DNA of 64,000 nucleotides. It comes from Lingula anatina. Lineage: Eukaryota > Animalia > Brachiopoda. The notes beneath the pieces are model-generated. The model was not told where the DNA came from, made no database searches, and saw only the letters and a list, made by a program, of their open reading frames with translations. Each line of letters starts with the position of its first letter. Position 1 is the first letter of the stretch. Position numbers and translations under genes: made by a program. Location of the stretch: the NCBI GenBank assembly GCA_051362555.1, contig CM120640.1, forward strand, positions 62,001 through 126,000, read 5' to 3'. This document shows, in pieces, positions 1 through 53,100 of this stretch.

Positions 1-147
1 GTGTGTGTTTGTGTGTGTGTGTAACACATGACTATCATTGAATCCTATTGTGCTAACAAAGATACCACTATAAAATGGTCATAAACAGATAGCTAGTAGT
101 ATTTACTGGGTCTGTATGGATATGAACAGAGAGCTAGTAGTACTTAC

Positions 148-38850
<38,703 letters not shown>

Positions 38851-40941
38851 CACTACTAATCAGCTACCTCCTCTACATCAACTGGAGGGGAGGGCATGGT
38901 GTGGGGGACTGGGTATGGAGAGACTTCATATAGTGCACTACATCTTCAGCCATATCTGGTTCCTAGATAGTCTGATCCCAATCCATTGAGAGGTATGGTA
39001 TGGCATGGATCCCTAGAACAGAGAAACAGAACTGGAGTAAAACTCATGTAAAAGCCTTCATTCTAGAACTGATGAAGATGAAGGGGTTTCATGTTTACCT
39101 GTGGACTTTAATAGTCCTGAGCTTTATCTTGGCCTGTCTGTCATACCTGAAGTATATCTAGATAACATTTAATAACTATACAACTCTGTGTGAAGTACTG
39201 CTGCAGTTGAATATAGATTCCATTTGACAGTGTGTGTGGGAGAGAAAGATTTTGTTTAGGTGCAAAGGAACTGGACAGTTTATTTCCATGGATAATATCT
39301 AGTTAGAATTTCATTCTGAAATGTGATTATTTTAAAAGTCCTTTGTTCTCTATCATCCCGAGTTTCAGAGTTCTGACACTGCCTCTCCTTTACCTAGTTG
39401 ATATATTATAAAGCTTCTGTACATGCCAACATTTGGCACCAGATCAGAAGGATTCCTTTACCATCCATAAAAAAAGATCAACAGCAGACAAATCCCTGGA
39501 TATGAGCTCCTGTTTCTGAGAAATTCCTACTCACATGTTGATATTAGGTTAACTTGCTAAATTGCCCTATAACATATGGTTACTAGCACGCTACCCAAAG
39601 GTTGGGAAATAACCAAAAATAATGTTTAACAGAGATATAGGTTTACATTGCATTCCACAGAAACAATACACTCATATATTAAGCATATAACTGCAATAAT
39701 TCCAGATAGCCTGTTGATCCATTACACTTGATTGATTTCCATTATGGTGGGGTGCCTATAATCACTCTATTTCTTCTCCTGGAAACTCATTGTGCAGCTT
39801 GCTGTACATTGAGATGTGGACTCAGTTCAATAGTCTATAGATCTATAAATTCTTCTTGTCCATTAATTTTCCTGTCAAAATCTCCCCCCAGGCAGAGCAA
39901 TGTGAGCTTTAGGATAACAGAAAACCTCTGCAAGACCCCAAGTTGCTTTCAGCTATTCTATAGACACAAGGAGGGAGAACCCAGAGAAACAGATTATCAA
40001 CACATTAAACAATTTATGAACTAACAAAACAATTTAAATTTCCTTTTAAAAATTCATTCACTATCAAAAAAGCAAATATACTCAAATTACGTTTCAATTT
40101 TTAAAATCAAGCATTATGGTTTCAACAATATTAGTTACTATTTTTAACATCCAAATTACAATTTTTAAAAGCTATTTTGTGGTGAGATGTATATAAAAGG
40201 TAATTAAGAAAATTCTTCTTTCTTGAAATATGTGCATAATGATACTACTAGTACTAGTAAGCAACATATAGTCCTGGAATGGAACATAATTGCTATTCAA
40301 AATATCAGCAGCCAAATTAAAGATTCAGAACAAATTTAATCTGTCTTATGAACTAAATTAAAAACCATGCAGCCTACCTTCAAAGTTTCTGTTAACTCCA
40401 AACTATAGGGATGTCTTTTTACCATGAGACTGAAAAAAATAACAGTATATTCTTGGTATAAAAAATAAGCATGATTCCCTGAATGCTTTAAGAAATTTGA
40501 ACCCAAAGAAATATTTCCCCAGAGGCCTCTCATAAACTATAGCAGTGGCTGTCGAAAAGAATGTTTCGAATGACATGAGCAGGATTTTCTCCCCTTTCAT
40601 CATTCTAAGCAATATACCTCTTTCCAAGACTGACAAATAAACATTCCTAGTATCCGACACGGGAACATTTATCTAACAGTGTATTTATAGCCAAGGTTAT
40701 CCCTAGAAATTAATTCTGTGAATCAATCTATCAAAGGGAAATCTGGTTTGCAGGAGGGCAATATGAAGCTCTGTGTACCAGTTGTACTCTCCACCTGGGG
40801 CATTACATTAGGTTAACATGGACCAGATGGATACTCAAGGAACTCATTGCATACAAATATCCCCCCCCCCCCCCCACCTGAGGTTAACATGTACCAGATG
40901 GATACTTCAGGAACTTATTGCAGACAAACCCTGCCCCCCCT

Positions 40942-40983
<42 letters not shown>

Positions 40984-42043
40984 AGGTTTACATGGACCAG
41001 ATGGATACTCTAGGAACTTATTGCAGACAAACCCTGCCCCCACCTCCCTTTTATCTTGCTCTTCTGAATGATGTTCTTACCTGCACTGCAAAAACATATC
41101 ATCCTAATGTTCTTTCTTTGTTGTATGAAATCATCTCTTTGAACAAAGAAAGTTGATGGCTATGGCACTGTTTCATTATATCTGTGTCATTGTTGAAATA
41201 TTCAAGGACAAAGCAAAGTCACAAGTAATTAAGAAATGGCTGATATAGAGTTGGTAAGCCTATATCAATATTAATTCTATCATTTCACCAACACAGATGC
41301 AATTTATGAACTATCTCTGTTCACAGCAGCCATAAATATGTATACAGGAACAGCAGCAAACAATAACGGGTAATGACAGGTCAGCCTGCAGAAAGATTCT
41401 TCCAAAAGCAGGACTGTACTTCAATCTGATCAAGGGTTTTCAAGAAACAAAAGCAGTGACATCATCCTTTGGCATATCTTCCCTAGCAAATGTTGCAACC
41501 CTGTTTTCTTGGTACAGCATCATTGCAATTTGATTTGACAGAGAGCTCTTTACCAATAAGTCTTTGGGCATTTATTGCCCATTGAGTGTAAATTGTGATT
41601 TGTCTTCTGCAATTTCCTGCTTTGTTGGAGTCTAGATATCTGTTTATGAGCACACAAAATTGCATTGAGTCATACTCAGTCAACAATGTGGTTATATTTT
41701 AAGACCAGAGCGACCTCCCACACAAAGCACTTTAGGTCTGGCATCCCTCTCCCCTTAAAGTCAAAAACTACCATAACAGAAATAAAGTCTCTCTCTTTTA
41801 ATTAATATAAAACTCAAATGTAAGATTTCTAATGACATATTTTCACATGATGCACTTATGTATATACATAAGGTCAACTTAAATCAGCCTCAAGTACTTT
41901 CAGTAGGAGCCAAGCCACTGGATGACCCCATGTGATTGGTCAGTGAGGAAATGACCACAGGTAATGGTTGACCAGACAGACAGATCATCACTGTAACACT
42001 GGTATACAGGAAATGGTTGACCAGACGGACAGACCATCACTAT

Positions 42044-42268
42044 GGGTGCATTCCCAGAGATTTAGATCAATCCAGAGATTTAGATTTAGATCGACCTAAC
42101 TCTCCGAGAGTTCACGCTAAATTGCAGTCAGCTGAGCGGTCACCATAGTTAATTACCCCCTTACAGCTTTTAGTAGGCGGGACAGATGCTTAAGCCGGCT
42201 AAGTTGACAGTAATCTAGTGAGACTCCCCTCAGGGATAGATCGATCTAAAATCTATGGGAATGGGGTC
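42044..42268. mobile_element. MITE, same family as 19067-19281, interior in opposite orientation
   Basis: Reverse-complement similarity along its whole length to copy 1; TAT duplicated on both sides; interrupts a short tandem duplication. Confidence 0.85.
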
Positions 42269-43339
42269 TATAACACTGGTATACATCTGGAGTAACCTGG
42301 TCTAACTTCACCAGACAGGTAGAGTTATAAACCACAGCAGATGACATCATCCTTATCACATGGAGTAATCTGGCTTTGTTATTGCAAATTTAATAATAGT
42401 GGGCTGCCATTAGGGGTCTCTTCCTGAGAACATTTAGATAGTGGGTTACATATTGTTGTCAAGCTATAGAAAAGAAGGATGCAACTGCTACTAATGCATG
42501 GGATTCATCACTTTCTAACATACCTTAATTTATGGCTTCCAGGTATTCTACTTACAAAAAAAATTCCAATAGCAGCTGGTTTAATTTAAAACACTCCTTT
42601 AAATACACACTTCAATCCAGTAGTGAAGAATCTCAATAGTAGAAAAACAGTTCATACTCATAGCAGAAATAACCAACATCTTTCACATTTCCTTAATGTT
42701 AATTCGGGGTACAATGATATGATGGTATAATTTTTTTCTCTCTCATCAACCTAGAGAACTAAGTACTAGCACGGTAAACACAAGAGAGACCTGCACCCTA
42801 CATACTACCTTATCTACAGCATCACATTATGTGTGCATTCAATTATAGGGCCATATACAGGGAGGCTATAAATAGATACCTGATATTAATTCTTGGTTAT
42901 GGACAACTTAATTCCTACTATAAAGATAATAATTAACAAGACAAGATATGCCATTGGATTTATGAACTGATGGCTACATATCTTATTTCATATATTTAAC
43001 AGAAACAAAACAGCGGCAGAGAGGAAATGTTCTTTTTTTTTCATATATTTGTAAATATACAATTCTTTATACACTTTAAACATTTTTTCTCGTTCTGCAA
43101 ATGTATAGCTGAATTGACTGGATTTTAAATGGGTCCTTATTAGTAACATTGCAATTTACATTTATTATTTTAATATCTTACACATTTATTCAATTCATTT
43201 TACTCTTATCAATATTGCATTTACATTTATTAAATTATTACTTAATAAATTTTGTTCATTTTTAATGGACTTTAGACTTTAAACAATTATTAATTATAAT
43301 TATAAAATTACAATTATAAAATTGCTTAATTTCAAATTT

Positions 43340-43392
<53 letters not shown>

Positions 43393-44423
43393 TAGAAAAC
43401 TCATGTCGCATTGTTTCCTGCCCAGAAAAGAAAACTCATGCACTAAAACATTGACCAAGAAACTTCAATTGAACATGGTCCTTTGTAGCAGTTTGTTTCT
43501 TGGCAATTAAAAAACGTGATTTGACATATTTTCTGCATTTGGAAGTGAATGGCAGTCTTAAACAGTCAGGTGTATGATTTCATGGATGCATAACTGGTTG
43601 TCCAGTAGAACTTTACATTATTTACAGGACAGCTGGCAGTTAAACTGGTTGACATTTTAACAGTGTATCTTCAGGTGAGAGGTAAGTATTTTAGATGTGA
43701 CAGCACTGGTATCAAGGAAGGTGCCTTAGCTGACCAGCATTTTACAGTTATGTGCAACTATATCTTCCACATGTTAGCACACATCATGCATTTTAGAACA
43801 TGTAAAAAAGGAGTGTTAAATCCATGTCTATTTATGTGGGAGGTTTGTGGGGGATCAGTCCATCACACCTAACTGCAAATCACAGGGACAACTGATTTCT
43901 AGTACACAAAATTACTTCAGTATCTTAATAACTATATCAAGTCCATACAGGATATGTGAAGGGAAAATGAAAAACACGAGTTCCACCTGATAACTTCCCC
44001 ATTACATAGCGTAACTTCCATTTATCTAGGTCACACTAGAGCTGCCTGCATACACGGTAGTTAGACATACCCCGCATACCTGAGAGAAAACCTACAGCAT
44101 GTGTGTGTACGGGGAAACTGTTACATAAATTGACCATCTCTGCACTGCACCCGACTCAGGTCTTATTCTTCTTCATTCAAAAAAACTTTCGATGCAACAA
44201 GTGTATCCGAGTAACACCTTACTTTACAATTTACTTGAAGTTTGTTTATTTATTAGCAGACTCCCGATGCGTTAAATGGCACGGGAATCTTTACAGAGGA
44301 CATATTCAGTTAAGAGGGGATACTAGGTATCGTAAGGCTAGCTTAAGCAATACGTACCTCTATTCTTAGCTTTAAACCTCAATGAAAAAGCCAAATATCA
44401 TGTTAATAAATAATATGACTTAC

Positions 44424-44480
44424 CCCTCCTTACAGTCGACACAGCTACCGGAAGTAAAATGACGCATGACAATGCGGAAA
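44424..44480 (-). promoter_or_regulatory. Probable non-coding first exon and core promoter of Myo9
   Basis: Locally CpG-rich patch with a consensus donor GTAAGT (minus strand, 44423 downward), ETS motif CCGGAAGT at 44448-44455 and CRE-like TGACGCA at about 44460. Assignment to Myo9 is inference. Confidence 0.5.
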
Positions 44481-45419
44481 TGACTTCTGTTTCTCACCTA
44501 ACACAACGGGTCTCAACCGCCACGCAACCAGAACTACAGTTGCAATGATACAAAAGTTTATTTTTTTTTTATTTAAGAAATAGTTGTATTTATAATATGA
44601 TTTCCATACAAAAGCACTATTTAACATATGAGAGACACAGTTTACTTTAAGTAATTTTCATTGACTGGTCAGTCAAAAGATAAACATTACTGACTCAGCC
44701 CCTCCCCTTTTTCATACCACTTTTAATCCCTTTTGCTCAAGAAGAAAGGGGGGAGGGGGGATATCCCCCTTCCTTTTCATTTTTCTTCACCGTAAGCCTC
44801 CCAACTGAAAATTTGCTTACCGAACAAACAAAAGAGGGGTTTGAGAGAGAAGATTCAGAACTAATCAAAAATATGCTTATTACATGTAAACATCACTTCT
44901 GAATTGTACCTGCAGCTCAATTTGAGAGGGACAAATCTTAAATTTTACCAGATAAAATTTAACTGATGAGGCTAGCCCTAAGAAACGGATGGGGCATTCC
45001 ATTCTAACATGCAAAATGGTGTACCAGCAAAAGACAAATTTGTCTCATCACTATTCAACCTGGCTTTGGACCTGCATGCACACCTACATTTTTTATGTTC
45101 AATTGCATATCATATCAGATTTAGCAGTATCTAGTGTTCTATGAAAAAAGTTTTTATGAATGGTTTCTAGATTGGATGATAAACAAATTCAACTTAGAGG
45201 CTATAAATAATGAACAGTTTGTATCTTTAAGATCCATCATCTATGGTTTTGAATCAAGTGGATGGTGAATTCACACCTTGAATACAGTATCTAAGATGGT
45301 GAATTCACACCTTGAATACAGTATCTAAGAAAGAGGACATCTTAAGATATTCAACCACACAATCAGCAATCAGCATAAAAAATAGTGTGATACTTGATCA
45401 ATGTGAAGTGTGGTACAGG

Positions 45420-46005
45420 AGAAGATGGAAGGTGGTACAGCCGACCACAGGAAGGATTGTACAGTTGATCAGATGAAGGGTGGTTCTGCCAAAGATGAAG
45501 GGTGGTACTGCCCAGGATACAGGGTAATACTGCCAAAGATGAAGGGTGGCACTGCCCAGGATGAAGGGAAGTACAGAAGATGAGGGTTGTTCTGGCAAAG
45601 AGAACGGTCGGAACAGACAATCAGATGAAAGCTAGTACTGCTGAAGATGAAGGGTGGTACAGGAGAAAATGAAGGTTGTACTGTTGAAGATAAAAGGTTG
45701 TTCTGCCAAATATAAAGGGTGGTACTGCCGAAGGTGAAGGGTGGTATAGCCAAATATAAAGGGTGGTACTGCCGAAGGTGAAGGGTGGTATAGCCAAATA
45801 TAAAGGGTGGTACTGCCGAAGGTGAAGGGTGGTATAGCCAAAGATAAAGGGTGGTACTGCCGAAGGTGAAGGGTGGTATAGCCAAAGATAAAGGGTGGTA
45901 CTGCCGAAGGTGAAGGGTGGTATAGCCAAAGATAAAAGGGCGTACTGTCAAAGATGAAAGGTGGTTCAGGAGATGAAGGATGGTACTGCTGAAGGTGAAT
46001 GGTGG
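45420..46005. repeat. 21/42-bp minisatellite (intergenic)
   Basis: GAAGGGTGGTACTGCCGAAGGT / AAAGGGTGGTATAGCCAAAGAT variants. Confidence 0.88.
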
Positions 46006-47232
46006 TGGATATTAAATTCTTCTGATGAAAACTGTCTTTATTATCAATAATATCTTTTAAAGAGGCAAGCTATATTATAACAGATTCACATTTCAATTAA
46101 TGTTTACGCATGTCACAGGATCCTTTTCCTCATAAATACTTATGAGATAAGCACTGTAAACGTGTGTAGCTAGGGCCAGCAGGTTAAGCTGTGTTACAGT
46201 GACTATTGATAGTACGTTATACCAAAATATAAATAAATAAAAAGTGCATATTTTATACAATTAAAAAATAAGGTACATAGCATTTCAAGTGTATTAAGTA
46301 TATTCAGTAGTTTCATACAGAATAGGTTTAAAATGTTGCATTGCAAAATAGGTATGTACATTGTTCATATCACATCTTACCAACAAGATATTCTTTGAAA
46401 GGTTAAAATACATGCACTCTTTAAGGAATTTCCATCTTAACATACAGTTACGGTATTATTATGAAACATGTTATAAACTAAGTGACTGCACACAAGCAGG
46501 AGACTATTTGATATAAAGAAGATGTGGCCATTGTTAAAGATCAGTCAGTGACAGCTAGAATTTGAAGATATATCAAAACAAGGAAGTACCTTGTATCCAC
46601 TAATAACTTAAAATGTTAAGCTAAGTTTTCAGAAAAATGTTGCCTGATATGACAATAGTATATAATAACAAAGTTTCTGTGCTTTTTAACAGAACTTTGG
46701 TACTAAAAGAGGAAGAAGTCGAGTACATTTTGCAGACAGTAAAACCACTGGTCAAAGCTGTCATGACTGTTTGAAAAGCCACAGGACCGGCACCATTCTT
46801 GATAATGCAGCTCCTCTGGACAAGGTTTATGTCAAAATACAATATATAAAATTGACCCCTAGATAAACAATAACTTATGGATCTGCACAAAACTAGGAGA
46901 ACCTGCAGATATCTTGTAGTTCAGGTCCTTTTGGACCTTCAGTACCTCCAAAATGTTCCCCATGTTCGTATTTTGATCTAGTTCTACATGAAACAGCTTT
47001 CACCCATATAAATATGTTGAGCATGTATCTTGCAGTCTTTGTCCTAAAGGAAGCATGGTCATTTTTGCCACATGGAAACTAGAAGAACAAATGCACAAAT
47101 GTAGAGCAAGATTTTTCTTAAAGGTTGAGATCTCACAGTCAAAACATACTCCCATTAACAAAGGTGTTTGGCTACACAGGGAACACCACACTCTAAGTGT
47201 CAATGTAACTAAACAGACCATCTTTAAATATT

Positions 47233-47790
47233 ACACACTCATCAAGGAGTATAATCCTACACGCATCAAGGAGTATAATCCTATACGCATCAAGGAGTAT
47301 AATCCTACACGCATCAAGGAGTATAATCCTACATGCATCAAGGAGTATAATCCTATACGCATCAAGGAGTATAATCCTACACGCATCAAGGAGTATAATC
47401 CTACACGCATCAAGGAGTATAATCCTATACGCATCAAGGAGTATAATCCTACACTCATCAAGGAGTATAATCCTATACGCATCAAGGAGTATAATCCTAC
47501 ACGCATCAAGGAGTATAATCCTACACGCATCAAGGAGTATAATCCTACACGCATCAAGGAGTATAATCCTATACGCATCAAGGAGTATAATCCTACACTC
47601 ATCAAGGAGTATAATCCTATACGCATCAAGGAGTATAATCCTACATGCATCAAGGAGTATAATCCTACACGCATCAAGGAGTATAATCCTACACGCATCA
47701 AGGAGTATAATCCTACACGCATCAAGGAGTATAATCCTATACGCATCAAGGAGTATAATCCTACACTCATCAAGGAGTATAATCATACAC
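47233..47790. repeat. 27-bp minisatellite, about 20 copies, downstream of the RNF115 stop
   Basis: CATCAAGGAGTATAATCCTACACG-type unit; 9-aa period in the spurious ORFs. Confidence 0.93.
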
Positions 47791-48211
47791 TAGGAGAAGC
47801 CTTAGTTCATCATGCTTTGAATGAGGTGCCCCAATGAGTTCTAGCACTACATCATGATCCTCTCCAGAAACTTTTGAGCCGAAGCTTCAATATTTCACAA
47901 CCTGTGATTACTGGACTTTGTGAGTTGTAAGTAATCTCAAATAATAGTAAAATTGACTTATGCTTACAAAAATTCTAGTGGATGATGAAATGGCACTCTG
48001 AAGGATCCACAAATTACATTCTTGTGTGATTCAGTCCGCAGTTAAAAAAAGAAAAAAAAAACAGGACACCTAGGAAAAGCAGGGAAAGTAATACAGCTAT
48101 AATTGCTGAATAAGTTCTATGTCATTTCACAATCTTCCAGCCAGTATTCAGTTCAAACATCATTTTGCAAAAGAAAAAAAAAATACAGGAATAGAAATTT
48201 CAACAAAAACA

Positions 48212-50089
48212 CTAATTTGGCTGAGTGTCCATTTGGTTTTGACTGCCATTATCTGGAGATGCACTTGATGACCCTGACTGACTGCTGTCTAACTGATTGC
48301 TAGCTGAGACTGGCTGAGGGGGAAGATAGTCCTTGTCACTTGTGTCTTCACCATCTAATGTTTTTCGGCAAACTGGACAGGTTCCATGCTGTAATAGAAG
48401 TTTTTGACACATAAACATCTGGACATAATCATAAATTTCTGGACATAATCATAAACGTCTGAACATAATGGAGCAGTTGTCCAGATGAGGAGTTACATGT
48501 GCCTTACAGAAAAGTTTTCTCATTTCTACTGGTTTCTGAGTTTTCTAAATAACTTTCTAAATAACTTTTCTAACTTAACTTGTATGGATATTCTAAAGAC
48601 AGGTCATCACATGTTGTAACCCCAAGAAGTTTTATGGAGCTCACATGGTCAATCAGTTTTCAATTAAAAATCACATGTATTTTCTTACTGTTTTCAGGTA
48701 AATGTTTCTGTTTTTGTCTTGTAGTAAAGAGCATACATTTACTTTTTTTGACATCGGCTACCGTTTTATAATATTTTTCACATCCCAGCTTTGTTTCTGG
48801 TTTAGTTCAGATGTTGTTTTTGTGGCTACTGTCAATGTCGTATCATCTGCACTGATTTCACCATGTTCAGTGTTGAATGGGAGATCATTAATAAAGAGAA
48901 GGAACATAAGTGGCCCCAGGATGGGTCCTTGAGGCACTCCACAGGTGATGGGCATTGGATCACAAAGATGATTTCTAAATACAGTTTGTGTTTTTCTGGC
49001 CTTAAGTTTAGAGCTGAACCATATAACAGTTAAAGCAGCACACAGATACAATTTTAGTATCTTTAAAAGAAATTTACCAAACCAAATGCTTTCCAGAGAT
49101 CTATTAATACAACACCACTCATGAAGTTTTTATCTATAGCAGTTAGACTATTTCATAAAACAAAATATTTGCAGATTTTGATCAACCTACCATTTCTAGC
49201 CATCGTGTTATACAGGCACTGTGATAGTAGTGATTACAAGGTAATTTTCTAGCTTCTTCTTCAAGTGTAAAATCTTCCATGCAAACTGAACACTGCACAG
49301 TTTTATCTGGAAAAAAAATGCAATTAGTCCCTCAATTCACGTACAGCGGATGTGTGTGTGTGTATATATACCATAACCCATCTAAAGAAAATTACATATT
49401 ACATAATTAAACTAAAAAAACAAAATAAATATTACACTTTCACATAGTACTAAATTAAAGACACAAACAAAAAACAAAAATATCAGCTTTTCATTCCAGC
49501 TACACATCTTATAAAACTTGAAATAAGAGAAAAGATATAGCACATAAATATTACCTTCTTGTTTGTCCATAAAATGTACTTTTGATTTCTCAAGCAATTT
49601 TCACAACTTACCCACAAGATCTTGTGTAATGCTAACAGTGGGAATAGCAGCTATTTTTTCTGTAGAAGCTGGGGGCGGACCGACCCCTTCCAGCTGATTT
49701 AAAAGCTGTAAAAAAAGTGAACATGCCTTATTTGTAGTGAATGTGCAGCATTTGTGTGTATCATACCTTCACTTCATAATTTCACACCAGATCAAATTCA
49801 AAGAATACCGTTTCTCAAGTGCTTTCAAGATACATGAAAATAGCTATTGTAAAACATATTGCATGAAAATGAATAACAAATAGACTTAGAGTCTTGTATT
49901 ACCTGTGTGATGATAGCATCTAACCCTCCCGACCCCCAGGCATAATCCCCAGGGTTACCATGGATGACACCACTGAAATACAATAAGATACACTCTATAC
50001 TAGACCACAAATACCAGAGAATACAATTACATATATACAACCTGGGGTGCTTTGTTCTAAAATAATTGTATAGACTAAAACAACTGTGC

Positions 50090-50136
<47 letters not shown>

Positions 50137-53100
50137 CGTTATTATATACCATTTTAATGTAAGACTTACAATGGAACACCTCCTGCTAAAACTGCTTGTC
50201 CACCTAATAACCCTCCAAGAATTTGGTGAAGGATTCTGTAAATAAGAAAAATATAAAAACATAAGATTAACACCAGATATTGCAGATGTAAAAACATCAC
50301 ATATCCCTGCACTTTGCCACAATGTCAACTGCACCACTCCTAACTGATAATAATTATACTGGGACCCCACTCCTAACTATTGATAATTATATTGGGACAC
50401 CACTCCTAACAATTGATAATTATATTGGGACCCCACTCCTAACTATTGATAATTATACTGGGACACCACTCCTAACTATTGATAATTATACTTGGACACC
50501 ACTCCTAACTATTGATAATTATATTGGGACACCACTCCTAACTATTGATAATTATACTTGGACACCACTCCTAACTATTGATAATTATACTTGGACACCA
50601 CTCCTAACTATTGATAATTATATTGGGACACCACTCCTAACTATTGATAATTATACTTGGACACCATTCCTAACTATTGATAATTATACTTGGACACCAC
50701 TCCTAACTATTGATAATTATATTGGGACACCACTCCTAACTATTGATAATTATACTTGGACACCATTCCTAACTATTGATAATTATACTTGGACACCACT
50801 CCTAACTATTGATAATTATATTGGGACACCACTCCCAACTGATAATTATACTTGGACACCACTCCCAACTATTAATAATTATACTGGGACCCCACTCCTA
50901 ACTATTGATAATTATACTTGGACACCACTCCCAACTATTGATAATAATATAGGGACCCCACTCCCAACTATTAATAATTATACTGGGACACCACTCCCAA
51001 CTATTGATAATTATATAGGGACCCCACTCCCAACTATTGATAATTATACTGGGACACCACTCCCAACTATTGATAATTATACTGGGACCCCACTCCCAAC
51101 TTTTGATAATTATACTGGGCCACCACTCCCAACTATTGATAATTATACTGGGCCACCACTCCCAACTATTGATAATTATACTTGGACACCACTCCTAACT
51201 ATTGATAATTATATTGGGACCCCACTCCCAACTACTGATAATTATACTTGGACACCACTCCCAACTATTGATAAATTATATTGGGACCCCACTCCCAACT
51301 ATTGATAATTATATTGGGACACCACTTTCAACTATTGATAAATTATACTGGGACACCGCTCCCAACTACAGTCTGCGACGTTAGGCACTAGCCTAAGGCA
51401 ATTGCCCACCTAAAGTGGCACTGGGCTAGTAAAAAAGTTGAAATTTTATAAAGCACTAGCCCGAACGGGCTAGTTGAAATTTTGAGCCTTTTGTAACACT
51501 CAGTAAGATTTCAAAAATATAAGTCGCCAGTCTTCTTTGCCCCTGCCTTTGACGTTTCTAGATAGTATGATATGCCTCTCAGTTGAAAAAACTCACACCT
51601 TGCTCAAACTACTGAATATTGATTAGTTGCTATAAATAACTTCACTGTAGTTATTTATAGCAGCAGTCTGCCTGATCAGCGTGTCGGCATCTTTTTATTT
51701 GACCAGTTTGTTGTTAGGACTACAAATTGCTGTCAATCAAGTTACTGGATCAGACCGGAATTCCTTGGTACTAGCAACAGGTTTTGTCAAAACAACACTG
51801 TCTCCGAAGCAAGTGTAATGTATGCATTATCTCACAGAACATTTGGGTTAAGACCACTTAGCAGACTGAGGGGTGTAGTATTCTATTTCCTTTTTTGTTT
51901 AATTTTTTTTATTTATAATTTTAATATCCACGAGTTAATACATTTTCCTTTGCTTATTGCCTTTTAAAAACAATAAGACCCTGGCAGTTACATGTGACAT
52001 AAATACCCTATGAACTATTCTTGACAATGTGGGATAGTTGGGTTTATGCCATGGCTACCCCTCCACACTTTGTCCTGGTAAAGTCCTTGAAAAGTTGTTT
52101 TTACAAATATATAACCAAAAGAATTGTAACCAAAAAAATTGCCAAACGTTTGTTTAATTACCCTTACAGCACCTATGTATTTTAAATTAGAAGTGGCATT
52201 ATATACCGATGTAATTAGAAATAAATTGTTAGAAAAGAGCTATTGTCAATAAAAAGAAAAGGAATTAAAAAAAAAAAGATTTTGATTGTATATAAAATGG
52301 AAAGAAAGGTATTATAAAAATATGAAAAGTAAGGGTAACTATATTCAGTATTACATATTAAAAAAGGGAATTTTTTCAATATTAAATAATTAAATATATT
52401 TTAAATCGATTTTACCACCCCATCAACTGAAAATTAACCTGATTGACTTTGTTATTCACTTGCTCTACTTCTATAATAAGGTTTACAAGAAAGTACAGTA
52501 TGGTACCACAACTCTTTACAACATCTGCTTAAACTTTTTAAATGAATTATTTAAATTGGGCTAGTGTTTTTTGGTTCAGGCTAGTAAAGTTTGAGAGTCT
52601 GCTAGCCCGAAGGGCTAGTAGTCTAAAAAGTTTTTGGCACAGACTGCAACTATTGATAATTATATTGGGACCCCACTCCCAACTATTGATAATTATACTT
52701 GGACACCACTCCCAACTATTGATAATTATATTGGGACCCCACTCCCAACTATTGATAATTATATTGGGACACCACTCTCAACTATTGATAATTATACTGG
52801 GAAACCGCTCCCAACTATTGATAATTATACTGGGACACCACTCTCAACTATTGATAATTATACTGGGACACCACTGCCAACTATTGATAATTATACTGGG
52901 ACACCACTCCCAACTATTGATAATTATACTGGGACACCACTCCCAACTATTGATAATTATACTGGGACACCACTCCCAACTATTGATAATTATACTGGGA
53001 CACCACTCCCAACTATTGATAATTATATTGGGACGCCACTCCCAACTATTGATAATTGTACTGGGACACCACTCCCAACTATTGATAATTATATTGGGAC

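Noticed and set aside
40855-40985. Poly-proline ORFs
   Set aside because: Poly-C homopolymers within a small triplication; lengths may be sequencing-unstable.
43960-44160. Possible SINE remnant (GAGAAAACC-type motif)
   Set aside because: Too degenerate; no A/B boxes or TSD recognisable by eye.
47055-47837. 260-aa ORF with IKEYNPTR repeats
   Set aside because: 27-bp minisatellite read-through; no splice or domain support.
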